The position numbers and the translations under genes are program-made. From the NCBI GenBank assembly GCA_963789335.1, contig CAWBKH010000003.1:233757-297756 (forward strand): a stretch of 64,000 nt of DNA, written 5' to 3'. Positions 46,259 to 54,805 of the stretch are shown one piece after another. The notes under the pieces are model-generated. The model made no database searches. It saw nothing but the letters and a program-made list of their open reading frames with translations, and was not told the origin of the DNA. Origin of the DNA: an uncultured Verrucomicrobiae bacterium. GTDB taxonomy: Bacteria; Verrucomicrobiota; Verrucomicrobiia; Limisphaerales; UBA11358. Every line of letters starts with the position of its first letter. The stretch's first letter is position 1.

Positions 46259-46788
46259 CACCCGTCGAACTTGTCAGCCTCGCGCCCAACGACGCCCGCT
46301 ATCCGTCGCGTTTGCGCGAGTGATTGGACGAACAAGCGCCGCCGCAACTTTGGGCGCTCGGCAACTTGTCCCTGCTGCAAGAGCGCAAGACCGCGCTCTT
46401 CTGCTCCGCCCGCTGCCCCGGCGACGCCATCCTCCGCGCCTGCGACAAGGCCCGCCGGTGGCGCGACGAGCATCGCTGCATCATCAGCGCCTTCCACTCC
46501 GTGGTTGAAAAGGAATGTCTGCGCAGCTTGCGGCGTGGGACACAGCCCATCATCATCCGCCCCGCCCGCAGCCTGGAAAACTTCCGCCTGCCATCGGACT
46601 GGAAAGAACCGCTGGCCCGAAATCGTTTGTTGCTTCTGTCCTGTTTCACCGCCAAGCAGAACCGCGTCACGACCGAACTTGCTGCCCGCCGCAACGAACT
46701 CGTTGCTGCTCTCGCAGACGAAATCTGGTTCGCCCACATCACCCCCGGCGGTCAGATGGAACGATTGGCAAAGAAGTTTTCCATTTGA
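46255..46788 (+). CDS. Short DprA/Smf-like (Rossmann/SLOG) protein with an in-frame TGA at codon 23
   Basis: The ATG at 46255 overlaps the toxin stop (ATGA). The translation MTPVELVSLAPNDARYPSRLRE is followed by TGA (46321-46323), then LDEQAPPQLWALGNLSLLQERKTALFCSARCPG... This resembles the YP..L...PP.L...G....AIVGSR core of DprA. The ORF track starts it at TTG 46324. Confidence 0.55.
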
Positions 46789-46856
46789 GACAGGCTGGAA
46801 GCACTGTCCTACGGCATTGTCCGTCCGAGCATCTGCTGGCTGAGGGCCGCGACGGC
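46787..46856. repeat. Direct repeat copy 2 (overlaps the true 3' end of gene 46809..47915)
   Basis: See copy 1. It starts within the DprA-like stop codon and covers the last 16 codons plus stop of the minus-strand gene. Confidence 0.85.
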
Positions 46857-47915
46857 TTCGTCGAGCGCGGGCAACGAAGACGCGGGCCAGAGTTGAATTT
46901 GCAGTTCGTCGCAGAGCGGTTGCAGCACGGGTTGGAGACGTGAACCGCCGATGATAATTTTTTCCGGCAGTTGGCCGGCCAGGAGCAGCGCATCCACCAG
47001 TCCGCGACCGGCGGCTTCGCCGGGGGTGAGCGCGCCGCTTTGCACGCCCATGCCAACCACGAGGCCGCGCTGTTGTTCCACCAGCAAGCTGATTCGGCCA
47101 AAGCAGGGCCTTCCGTTTTCGAGGAATGAACCGCCGGGCAGCAGGCTGCAATCAAATTCACACGCCGTGCCCGGCGCGCGTTTGAGGGCGCGGAGTTTTT
47201 CGCGCTGGCCGGCGGGAGTTTGAAAAGGGTCAAAGCCGGTGGGCGGTGACGGCAGGAGCGGACGCCAGTCGAGGTCCCGCGGCGTGAGCGGGCGATCCGG
47301 CAGAATGACGGGAACAAAAGGAATCTCCGCAGGCGCGCAGCCGTCGAAAATTTGGGGATGTTCCTCGAACAGTTTGTAGAAGGCGGTGAGACGCGGCAGA
47401 TCGGCGAGGAGCTGGCTGGCTTCGGTCTGGTTGATGTGCCAGGGAAGCCAGCCGGGTTCGGCGGAGCGGAATTGCGGCCAGACACTGCCTTTGCCGGCGG
47501 GTTTGAAGGCGGCGGCTTTAAGCGCGGCCAGGTCTTCCTTCCACAACTCGCGCTTGGGAACTAACTCGACTTTCAGGCAATCCATGCCGTCGGCGCTGTT
47601 GAAGTCCTCCGGGTCAGGTGTGTCACTGAGCATCTGGAGCATCCAGCGCAAGCCGGCTGGACGACGATAAAATACGGCGGCGAAAATGCTTCCGGCCGCA
47701 CCGAGCACGCAGCCAATGCGAGTCTCGCCGGTGATGGGATCAATCAGACCAACGACATCACTGTCATAGGCAAATTCCCACGGTTTGACGGCGGCGAACG
47801 CGGCGGCGGCGTCAAGCAAGGCGTGCCAGGTTTCAGACGCAACGGGCGGAGGCGGAGCGAGTTTGGGCACGGTGATAAATTGAATTCGTGTTAATTCGTG
47901 TAATTCGTGTCTCAA
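46809..47915 (-). CDS. Hypothetical protein (368 aa)
   Basis: Long ORF with coding-like composition and no motif I recognise. The start is uncertain (TTG 47915 or GTG 47870), because the first 15 codons are encoded by a CGAATT-type repeat arm. Confidence 0.6.
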   Translation of the reverse strand: MRHELHELTRIQFITVPKLAPPPPVASETWHALLDAAAAFAAVKPWEFAYDSDVVGLIDPITGETRIGCVLGAAGSIFAAVFYRRPAGLRWMLQMLSDTPDPEDFNSADGMDCLKVELVPKRELWKEDLAALKAAAFKPAGKGSVWPQFRSAEPGWLPWHINQTEASQLLADLPRLTAFYKLFEEHPQIFDGCAPAEIPFVPVILPDRPLTPRDLDWRPLLPSPPTGFDPFQTPAGQREKLRALKRAPGTACEFDCSLLPGGSFLENGRPCFGRISLLVEQQRGLVVGMGVQSGALTPGEAAGRGLVDALLLAGQLPEKIIIGGSRLQPVLQPLCDELQIQLWPASSLPALDEAVAALSQQMLGRTMP

Positions 47916-49246
47916 AGTCCCAGTTTCTTAAACCGGCTGTTCACTTCCTTGAGATGGAAGTCGAGCGAGCAGAGCTTTTCCAGTTCACCGGGCTTGAAAT
48001 GTTTGGCGACCACCGGGTCGGACTTCAACTGTTCAACAAAATCCGCATCGTCGCGTCCAGCGTGTTTGACTTCCCAGGTTCTCATGGCCGCGTCTTGGAC
48101 GAGTTTATAAGCGGCTTCGCGCGTCAGGCCTTTTTTGATGAGCGCCAACAAAACCGTCTGCGAATTCCACATGCCTAAACTCAGGCCGAGGTTTTTCTTC
48201 ATGTTTTCAGGATAGACAGCTAGGCCGTCCATCAGGCGCGTAAGCAGGCCAAACATGTAGTCCAGCAGCGTGCAGGAATCGGGGAAGATGATGCGCTCGA
48301 CGGACGAATGCGAAATGTCGCGCTCGTGCCAGAGGGCGACGTTTTCGAGGGCGGCGACGGCATTGCCGCGGAGCACGCGGGCAAGGCCGGTGAGGCGTTC
48401 CCAAGTGATGGGATTGCGCTTGTGCGGCATGGCGCTGCTGCCTTTCTGGCCTTTGGTAAACGGTTCCTCGGCTTCGAGCACTTCCGTGCGCTGGAGGTGG
48501 CGGAACTCGACGGCCCAGCGTTCGATGCTGGCGCCAACGAGCGCCAGCGTGGTCATAAATTCGGCATGAATGTCGCGCTGGACGACTTGGGTGGCAATGG
48601 GCGCGGGACTCAGGCCGAGTTTCCGGCACACGGCCAGCTCGACCCGAGGCGAAAGATGCGCGCTGGTGCCGACGGCACCGCTGAGTTTACCGACGGCAAC
48701 GGCTTCGCGAACCACCACCAGTCGGCGCAAGGCGCGCGTAAACTCATCATGCATCAATGCGAGCTTGAGGCCGAACGTCGTCGGCTCGGCGTGAATGCCG
48801 TGGCTGCGGCCAATGCAGGGCGTGAATTTGTATTTGCGCGCCTGCCTGGCGATGGAGGCACGGACTGTCCGCACGTCTTGAATCAAAAGGTCCGCGCTTT
48901 GAACCATCTGGACGGCGAAGGCGGTGTCAATGATGTCGCTGCTGGTGAGGCCAAAGTGGAACCAGCGGCTGGCTTGATGCTGAATTTTTTCAGCGACGGC
49001 GGTGGTGAAGCCGATGACGTCGTGGTTGAGGGTTTTTTCCAGTTCTTTCTGGCGCAGAACGAGGTCGGGCAAATTGGCGGACCATTTGTCCGCACCGCGT
49101 TTTATTTTGGCGAAGTCGGCGCGTGGCACGACGCCTTCCCGAACCAGCGCTTCGCTGGCGAGCAGTTCGATTTGCAGCCAGAGACGGAGCTTGTTCTCGT
49201 CGGTCCAGATGGCTCGCATTTCCGGGCGGGAATAGCGCGTAATCAT
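47912..49246 (-). CDS. purB: Adenylosuccinate lyase
   Basis: Fumarate-lyase signature GSSAMPHKRNP. 444 aa. Confidence 0.95.
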   Translation of the reverse strand: MITRYSRPEMRAIWTDENKLRLWLQIELLASEALVREGVVPRADFAKIKRGADKWSANLPDLVLRQKELEKTLNHDVIGFTTAVAEKIQHQASRWFHFGLTSSDIIDTAFAVQMVQSADLLIQDVRTVRASIARQARKYKFTPCIGRSHGIHAEPTTFGLKLALMHDEFTRALRRLVVVREAVAVGKLSGAVGTSAHLSPRVELAVCRKLGLSPAPIATQVVQRDIHAEFMTTLALVGASIERWAVEFRHLQRTEVLEAEEPFTKGQKGSSAMPHKRNPITWERLTGLARVLRGNAVAALENVALWHERDISHSSVERIIFPDSCTLLDYMFGLLTRLMDGLAVYPENMKKNLGLSLGMWNSQTVLLALIKKGLTREAAYKLVQDAAMRTWEVKHAGRDDADFVEQLKSDPVVAKHFKPGELEKLCSLDFHLKEVNSRFKKLGL

Positions 49247-49265
49247 GGGACGAGCCTAAAGCGCC

Positions 49266-49333
49266 GAGAGTCGAGTGTCGAGTGTCGAGTGCTTCAGAAA
49301 ACGTTCTCCTCTCTCGACCCGCGACACTCTAGC
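49266..49333. repeat. Intergenic stutter-arm hairpin, GTCGAG(A/T)G family
   Basis: GAGAGTCGAGTGTCGAGTGTCGAGTGC (49266-49292) versus CTCCTCTCTCGACCCGCGACACTCTAGC (49306-49333). It lies between the rhomboid stop and the purB start. Confidence 0.7.
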
Positions 49334-50249
49334 GTTTCGTCATTTTGTTGCGGGCATTTTCCAGGATTTCGCGTTCGCGCGCGGTCAGGCTTTGGATGCC
49401 GTGCGCGGAAATCTTGTCGAGAATGGGGTCCACCTCGCTTTTCAAAAACTCATCGGCGGACAACTCCTCGTCGGGTTTGCCCGCCGCCGAATGCCAGAAC
49501 TTGCCCCGGCCTGCGCGGGTGATGACAAATTCACGCGGCGCGGCTGGGCGCAACGGTGAAAATCCCCATTGCGGCCAATGCCATCGGCCTTGAACGAAGT
49601 ACCGCGCGAAAACAAAGCCCATCAACATGCCGCCCAGATGCGCCGCATGGGCGATGTTGCCGCCCAGCAAGGTGCTCACCCATGAAAACGGAAACAAAAT
49701 GCCGAGCACGCTCAATGCCGTGATTCCCCAAAGCAGGTATTTCGCCCGCAAAGTCACCGGCAGAAAGAAAAACAGAAGCAGGGTCAATTCGCGCTCCGGG
49801 TAAAGCGCGGCGAAGGCTGCCACCAATCCGAGCGCGGCGGCCGACGCGCCCACCACCGCCGTGCCGAAATGACTGGGCCAGATCAGCGCCCCCGCCATTT
49901 GCACCAATCCTCCGAGCACGCCGCTGGAGAAATAAAGGACCAGACATTTTTGAGGCCCAAGGGTTTCCTCCATCTCGCGCCCAAAAACGTAGATCACCCA
50001 GCAGTTGAGGAAAATATGCAACAGACCGCCGTGCATGAACTGGTAGGTCAGCAACTGCCAGACAAAGCCATGCTTCAAGCCATCGAGGCTCAATGCGAAA
50101 TAATTGTCCGTGGAAAAAAGCGGCGGGTAACCGCAGGCGATGCATTCGATGAGAAAGACAATCGCGTTCGCGATCAGCAGCGCCACAGTGAAAGACAACC
50201 GCGGCCGGTAATATGCCGGCTGGCGCATGTAATCACGATCTTCAAGCAT
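49329..50249 (-). CDS. Rhomboid-family intramembrane serine protease
   Basis: Six TM-like segments, with the HxxxN block (GLLHIFLNC) and a GxSx block (VGASAAALG). Confidence 0.8.
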   Translation of the reverse strand: MLEDRDYMRQPAYYRPRLSFTVALLIANAIVFLIECIACGYPPLFSTDNYFALSLDGLKHGFVWQLLTYQFMHGGLLHIFLNCWVIYVFGREMEETLGPQKCLVLYFSSGVLGGLVQMAGALIWPSHFGTAVVGASAAALGLVAAFAALYPERELTLLLFFFLPVTLRAKYLLWGITALSVLGILFPFSWVSTLLGGNIAHAAHLGGMLMGFVFARYFVQGRWHWPQWGFSPLRPAAPREFVITRAGRGKFWHSAAGKPDEELSADEFLKSEVDPILDKISAHGIQSLTAREREILENARNKMTKR

Positions 50250-50285
50250 AACGGTGACGAAAACTAATCGCCGGCCAAGCCGTTT

Positions 50286-50984
50286 TCAACGGTCTTTTCG
50301 CGGCAAGTCTTCGACAATACAGCCGTCCGCCAGTTCAAAAACACGCCGCGCGTGCGCGGCCACCTTGGCGTCGTGCGTGGCGATGATCAGCGTGGTTTGC
50401 TTCTCCATGTGCAATTTTTCAAGCAATTCGATGATTTCGCCGCCGGTGTGCGAATCCAGATTGCCGGTCGGCTCGTCGGCCAGAACCAGTTCCGGCTCAT
50501 TGATGAGGGCGCGGGCGATGGCGACGCGCTGCTGTTCGCCGCCGGAAAGCTCGAACGGCTTGTGCTCCAAGCGGTCGCCGAGGCCGACGCGGGCGAGCAA
50601 TTCGCGCCCGCGCGCCTCGGCTTGGGCGGCGGAGACGCGGGCCACCCGCGCCGGCAGGCAGACGTTTTCCAGCGCGTCGAGTTCCGGCAGCAGATGATAC
50701 GCCTGGAAAACGAAGCCGACGCGGCGGTTGCGGAAATCGGTCAGTTGCCGTTCGGAAAAGGCGGCGAGATTTTGGCCGGCAAAATGAATTTCACCCGCAT
50801 TCGGCGAGTCCAGTCCGCCGATCAAATGCAGCAGCGTGCTTTTGCCCGCGCCGGACGCGCCGCGCAACGCGAGGAATTCGCCGCGCGGCACGTCGAGGTT
50901 CACGCCGCGCAGGACTTCGAGCGTGCGCCTGCCCATCGCGTAAGATTTGGTGAGGGCGCGGGCGGAGAGGAGCGGCTCGTTCAT
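50286..50984 (-). CDS. lolD: ABC transporter ATP-binding protein, LolD/MacB-type
   Basis: Walker [10 protein letters not shown], signature LSGGEQQRV, Walker [10 protein letters not shown] chose the ATG at 50984. Confidence 0.85.
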   Translation of the reverse strand: MNEPLLSARALTKSYAMGRRTLEVLRGVNLDVPRGEFLALRGASGAGKSTLLHLIGGLDSPNAGEIHFAGQNLAAFSERQLTDFRNRRVGFVFQAYHLLPELDALENVCLPARVARVSAAQAEARGRELLARVGLGDRLEHKPFELSGGEQQRVAIARALINEPELVLADEPTGNLDSHTGGEIIELLEKLHMEKQTTLIIATHDAKVAAHARRVFELADGCIVEDLPRKDR

Positions 50985-51010
50985 GGCCGGCCTCCGTTTA
51001 TGAGATAAAA

Positions 51011-51106
51011 AACATTCAACATCCAACATTCAACGCTCAACGCCCGAAGAATCGTACGTCTGCCATCCATTGGATGTTCGATGTCGAATGTTGAATGTTG
51101 AATGTT
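51011..51106. repeat. Intergenic stutter-arm hairpin, CAACATTCAAC family
   Basis: AACATTCAACATCCAACATTCAACGCTCAACGCC (51011-51044) versus GGATGTTCGATGTCGAATGTTGAATGTTGAATGTT (51072-51106). It lies between the lolC/E stop and the lolD start. Confidence 0.75.
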
Positions 51107-51113
51107 CCCCATT

Positions 51114-52391
51114 TCATTCATAACGCAGCGCCTCCACGGGTTTCAGCCGGCCGGCCCGCATCGCCGGCAGCACGCCGCCGAGAATGCAGATGACAAACGA
51201 GCTTCCGCAAATCACCGCGATGTCGCGGACGTCAATCACCGCCGGCAGCTCGCTGAAGCCATAAATGGAGGCGGGAAACAATTCAAAGCCGGTCCAGTGA
51301 TTCATGAAATGCAGAAATTCATTGCGATAGGTCAGCGCGAGAATGCCGAGTCCGTAGCCGGCCAGCACGCCGAGCACGCCGATGATGGCGCTTTGCGCAA
51401 GAAACACGCCGGAGATTTGCAGATTGGTCGCCCCCAGCGCCTTCAGCATTCCGATTTCGCGCGTTTTCTGGACCACGAAGGTGATTTGCGCGCTCAGGAT
51501 GCACAGCGCCGCCACGATGACGATGAAAAACAGCAGGTAAAACATCACGTTTTTTTCAACGGCGACCGCGCCGAGAATGGCGGAATTCTCTTCCAACCAG
51601 GTGGTGATCCGGAAATCGTCGCCGAGCGTTCGCTGCAACTGTTGCCTTACCACCGGCGCCTGATAGGGGTCGCGCAACATGACCATCAGCCCATGAACGC
51701 TGTCGCCCAAGTCGTACAAATCCTGGGCATTGTCCAGCGACGTGACGACGACGGAATAATCGTAATCGTAATAGCCTACGTCAAAGATGCCGGTGATGGT
51801 GTAATCTTCCGGCAAAATGCTTTCTTCCTCTTTGTGTTCATACGCCTTTTTCATTCGCTCAATTTCATTGGGTGAAGTAATTGAAACGTGGTCCCCAACG
51901 GTCAGATTCAAGCTTTCAGCCAGGGCACTGCCGATGACCAGGCCATATCCGCTTAGGTCGAATTTCCCGGCGATGATTTTTTGGGGCAGCACGCTCACCG
52001 AGCTTTCCAGAGCGGGATCCGCTCCCCGCAGATACGGCACGGCGAAGAACGGCTGCTGCCCTTCATTGGTGGGTTCCGTTTCCATGAGCACCGGGCCGAG
52101 AACGTAAGGTGCCACGCCGACCACGTTTTGGTTCGACGAGACAAGGTCCATCACCGCGCGGTAATCTTGCATGGTTTCACCATTCGCGACAATTCTCAGA
52201 TTGGCGTTGAAGCCCAGAATTTTTGCGCGCAAATCGCGGTCGAAGCCGCTCATCACGCTGATGACGATGATGAGCACGGCCACGCCCAGCGCAACGCCGA
52301 CAATGGAAATGAGGGTGATGACGGAAACGAAGGTCCGTTTGGGCCGCAAATAACGCAGTGCGAGCAACAATTCAAACGGCAATCGAGACAT
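51114..52391 (-). CDS. Lipoprotein-releasing system permease (LolC/E, FtsX-like)
   Basis: 425 aa with the topology TM, large periplasmic domain, then 3 TM. Adjacent to the lolD-like ATPase. Confidence 0.85.
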   Translation of the reverse strand: MSRLPFELLLALRYLRPKRTFVSVITLISIVGVALGVAVLIIVISVMSGFDRDLRAKILGFNANLRIVANGETMQDYRAVMDLVSSNQNVVGVAPYVLGPVLMETEPTNEGQQPFFAVPYLRGADPALESSVSVLPQKIIAGKFDLSGYGLVIGSALAESLNLTVGDHVSITSPNEIERMKKAYEHKEEESILPEDYTITGIFDVGYYDYDYSVVVTSLDNAQDLYDLGDSVHGLMVMLRDPYQAPVVRQQLQRTLGDDFRITTWLEENSAILGAVAVEKNVMFYLLFFIVIVAALCILSAQITFVVQKTREIGMLKALGATNLQISGVFLAQSAIIGVLGVLAGYGLGILALTYRNEFLHFMNHWTGFELFPASIYGFSELPAVIDVRDIAVICGSSFVICILGGVLPAMRAGRLKPVEALRYE

Positions 52392-52441
52392 GACCGCAGG
52401 CTAAAGACGTGTCGGGCAGGTGTCAACGAAGCGCGCGCAGT

Positions 52442-53263
52442 TCATTCACGTCCCTTTCGCGATGGGCGGAACGGATTGCCCCGGTTTGGCATGGCGGGCG
52501 CGCGCGGCACGAAAAGCAGGCTGACAAACAGATAAATCCAGCCGATTAAAAAGTGGGCGCCGAAGGTGAAACCGAAGGAAACCAAATTAAGAATTCCGGT
52601 TCCGTAAAATAAAATGGCCGCCGCCATCAACAACGCGCCCGGCATCAAGGCCGCGCCCGCCAGCCGCCAGCTTTGGCAGAAGTTCAGGTCGCGATTCGCA
52701 AAAAAACCGAGCGTCCAGACCGGCAGAAAATAAAGGGTCGCCAGCAGCCACCAGCTCAACAGGAGGCCAATCACCACTGCTGCGCTGACGGCCAATAAAA
52801 GTTCCATCGTCCAAGCGCCCCACAACGGTTCAAGGACATTGCGATTGAGGGCGATGACATAATCAGAGGGATAATACCAATCCAGATAGCCGAACAAGGA
52901 AAAAACACGAACGGTTTCCCTGCCGAATTCGATTTGCACGTCCGCCGTCGAGCGAATCTGGCCGGAGTGATCCAAGTCCACGTCAAAGGCGAGGAAGCGG
53001 CCATCGGCGAGCAGTTGCGGCGAGTGATCGTGCCAATCCAGCCGGCCGGCACGGATTTCACCGGAGGCAGGCAGTTTTTGAATCGCGGTCGCCACTATCG
53101 GGGAATAGCCGTTGTAAATAAACCAGACGACCGCGGTGGCGGCGAGCAACGCCACGATGAATTGCACGAGCAACAATCGTCCGAGCCGCGCGCCGGCAAA
53201 CGCCGCCACGCCGCGCGGGGTGAAAGGTTCCCACGCGCGAGTTGATTTGACCGACGCGCTCAT
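52442..53263 (-). CDS. Hypothetical polytopic membrane protein
   Basis: 273 aa with several hydrophobic segments. No family recognised. Confidence 0.5.
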   Translation of the reverse strand: MSASVKSTRAWEPFTPRGVAAFAGARLGRLLLVQFIVALLAATAVVWFIYNGYSPIVATAIQKLPASGEIRAGRLDWHDHSPQLLADGRFLAFDVDLDHSGQIRSTADVQIEFGRETVRVFSLFGYLDWYYPSDYVIALNRNVLEPLWGAWTMELLLAVSAAVVIGLLLSWWLLATLYFLPVWTLGFFANRDLNFCQSWRLAGAALMPGALLMAAAILFYGTGILNLVSFGFTFGAHFLIGWIYLFVSLLFVPRAPAMPNRGNPFRPSRKGRE

Positions 53264-53310
53264 CGGGCCGCAGCTTACTCAAATCGTGGAGACGTTAAAA
53301 CTTTGAAGTA

Positions 53311-53339
53311 TTGAAGCGTGTGTCTTGAACACACTTCAA
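53311..53339. repeat. Small intergenic hairpin (TTGAAG-type)
   Basis: TTGAAGCGTGTGT, loop CTTGA, then ACACACTTCAA (one bulge). It is preceded by further TTGAAG/TTAAAA stutter (53295-53310). Confidence 0.5.
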
Positions 53340-53373
53340 CATTCTCTCGGTCAACGCCTCGACGGTCCGCCAA

Positions 53374-53826
53374 TCAGGCCTTTCTTTCTTCCGGCGGTTC
53401 TGGTGGCTTGGGCGGCGGGTTTTGCTCCGGCGGCGGCGCGTGAATGACCGGAATCGGATAGCGCAATTTCATCACGTCGTCCACGAGCACCTCGACGAAG
53501 TGCGTCCCGGCAGTCTTGAATTCGATCTGGCCAAAAACCATGACGTTCGTGGCGTGCAACGCGGCGTCCTTTAATTCAAATCTCATCTCGCCTTTGCGCA
53601 GCACGGTCGTCTGGTCGGGAGCGATCAGCTTGATGCTTTCGGTGAACTGGCCGATGCCCGCCGTCCAGCGGTTGAACACGAAAAGCCGGCTGGCGACCAC
53701 CGGCAGTTGCGGCACGCGCAGAAAATTGATAACGCCGATGAGAAAAAAATTGCCGTTGGATTCCTGGCGGACTTCTTCGCACAGGAGGGAGCATTGTAGA
53801 TCGGGTAAAATTCGGGTGGGTTGCAT
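53374..53826 (-). CDS. Hypothetical protein (150 aa, Pro-rich C-terminus)
   Basis: ORF with coding-like composition. No motif recognised. Confidence 0.5.
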   Translation of the reverse strand: MQPTRILPDLQCSLLCEEVRQESNGNFFLIGVINFLRVPQLPVVASRLFVFNRWTAGIGQFTESIKLIAPDQTTVLRKGEMRFELKDAALHATNVMVFGQIEFKTAGTHFVEVLVDDVMKLRYPIPVIHAPPPEQNPPPKPPEPPEERKA

Positions 53827-53829
53827 GAT

Positions 53830-53910
53830 GGTTAAACAGGTTAAATGGTTAAGTCGGTTAAATGCGTTAAATGGGAGACTGGCAAAACCACTTGTTTAAC
53901 TTGTTTGGCC
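53830..53910. repeat. Intergenic stutter repeat (GGTTAAAT-type) with partial hairpin potential
   Basis: GGTTAAACAGGTTAAATGGTTAAGTCGGTTAAATGCGTTAAATGGG versus CCACTTGTTTAACTTGTTTGGCC. It lies between the folD stop and the next start. Confidence 0.5.
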
Positions 53911-53920
53911 AATCACTCAT

Positions 53921-54805
53921 TTAGCTGATTGAGTTCTCCGCCGCGCGTACGGTGTTCGACATCAACATGGCAATCGTCATCGGCCCGACGCCGCCGGGAT
54001 TGGGCGTGATTTTCCCGGCGATGGGTTGCACGCGTGTGAAATCCACGTCGCCCACCAGCCGCGAACCGTTCCTTGCGTTTGGATCGCCGACGCGATTGAC
54101 TCCCACGTCAATCACCGTCGCGCCGGGCTTGACCATGTCCGCCTTCACAAATTCGGCGACACCGATCGCCGCGATCAAAATGTCCGCGCGGCGGCAATGC
54201 GCCGGGATGTCGCGCGTGGCGGAATGACAAATCGTCACCGTCGCGTTCGCGTTTTTATCCTTCTGGCAAAGCATCGCGACCATCGGCTTTCCCACGATGT
54301 TGCCCCGGCCCAAAATCACCACTTCCGCCCCGTTCGTTTTGACACCCGAACGGATCAACAACTCGCGGATGCCCGCGGGGGTACAGGGCTGGAAACCCGT
54401 TGGATCACCCAGCATCAATTTGCCGACGTTGACCGGATGAAAGCCGTCCACGTCCTTCTGCGGCAAAACGGTCGAGTAAACCACGGATTCCCGGATTTGT
54501 TTCGGCAACGGCGCCTGCACCAAAATTCCGTGCAGGCGTGGATCGGCATTTAATTTTCCCAGCAGCGCCAACAATTCACTCTCGCCGGTTTGTTCGGGCA
54601 AGACGTGCGTTTCGGAGAAAATTCCGAGCTCGGCGCAGGCCTTTTCCTTGCGCCCAACGTAAACCTTCGAGGCCGGGTCTTCACCCACGCGGACGAAGGC
54701 CAAGCCGGGCGAAACGCCGCGCGTTTTCAACGCGGCGATGCGACCGGCGAGTTCCCGCTGGATTTGCGCAGCAATCGCGCGCCCGTCAATGAGCTGCGTT
54801 GCCAC
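53921..54805 (-). CDS. folD: Bifunctional methylenetetrahydrofolate dehydrogenase/cyclohydrolase
   Basis: I chose the GTG at 54805, giving MATQLIDGRAIAAQI... Blocks VGEDPASKVYV and ILGRGNIVGKP. Confidence 0.9.
   Translation of the reverse strand: MATQLIDGRAIAAQIQRELAGRIAALKTRGVSPGLAFVRVGEDPASKVYVGRKEKACAELGIFSETHVLPEQTGESELLALLGKLNADPRLHGILVQAPLPKQIRESVVYSTVLPQKDVDGFHPVNVGKLMLGDPTGFQPCTPAGIRELLIRSGVKTNGAEVVILGRGNIVGKPMVAMLCQKDKNANATVTICHSATRDIPAHCRRADILIAAIGVAEFVKADMVKPGATVIDVGVNRVGDPNARNGSRLVGDVDFTRVQPIAGKITPNPGGVGPMTIAMLMSNTVRAAENSIS

Noticed and set aside
47880-47911. CGAATT-type stutter (AATTCGTGTTAATTCGTGTAATTCGTG) as a full hairpin element between purB and the 368-aa gene.
   Set aside because: Only one arm is present and no complementary partner lies within 150 bp. 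It is noted as a possible half-element but not listed as a feature.
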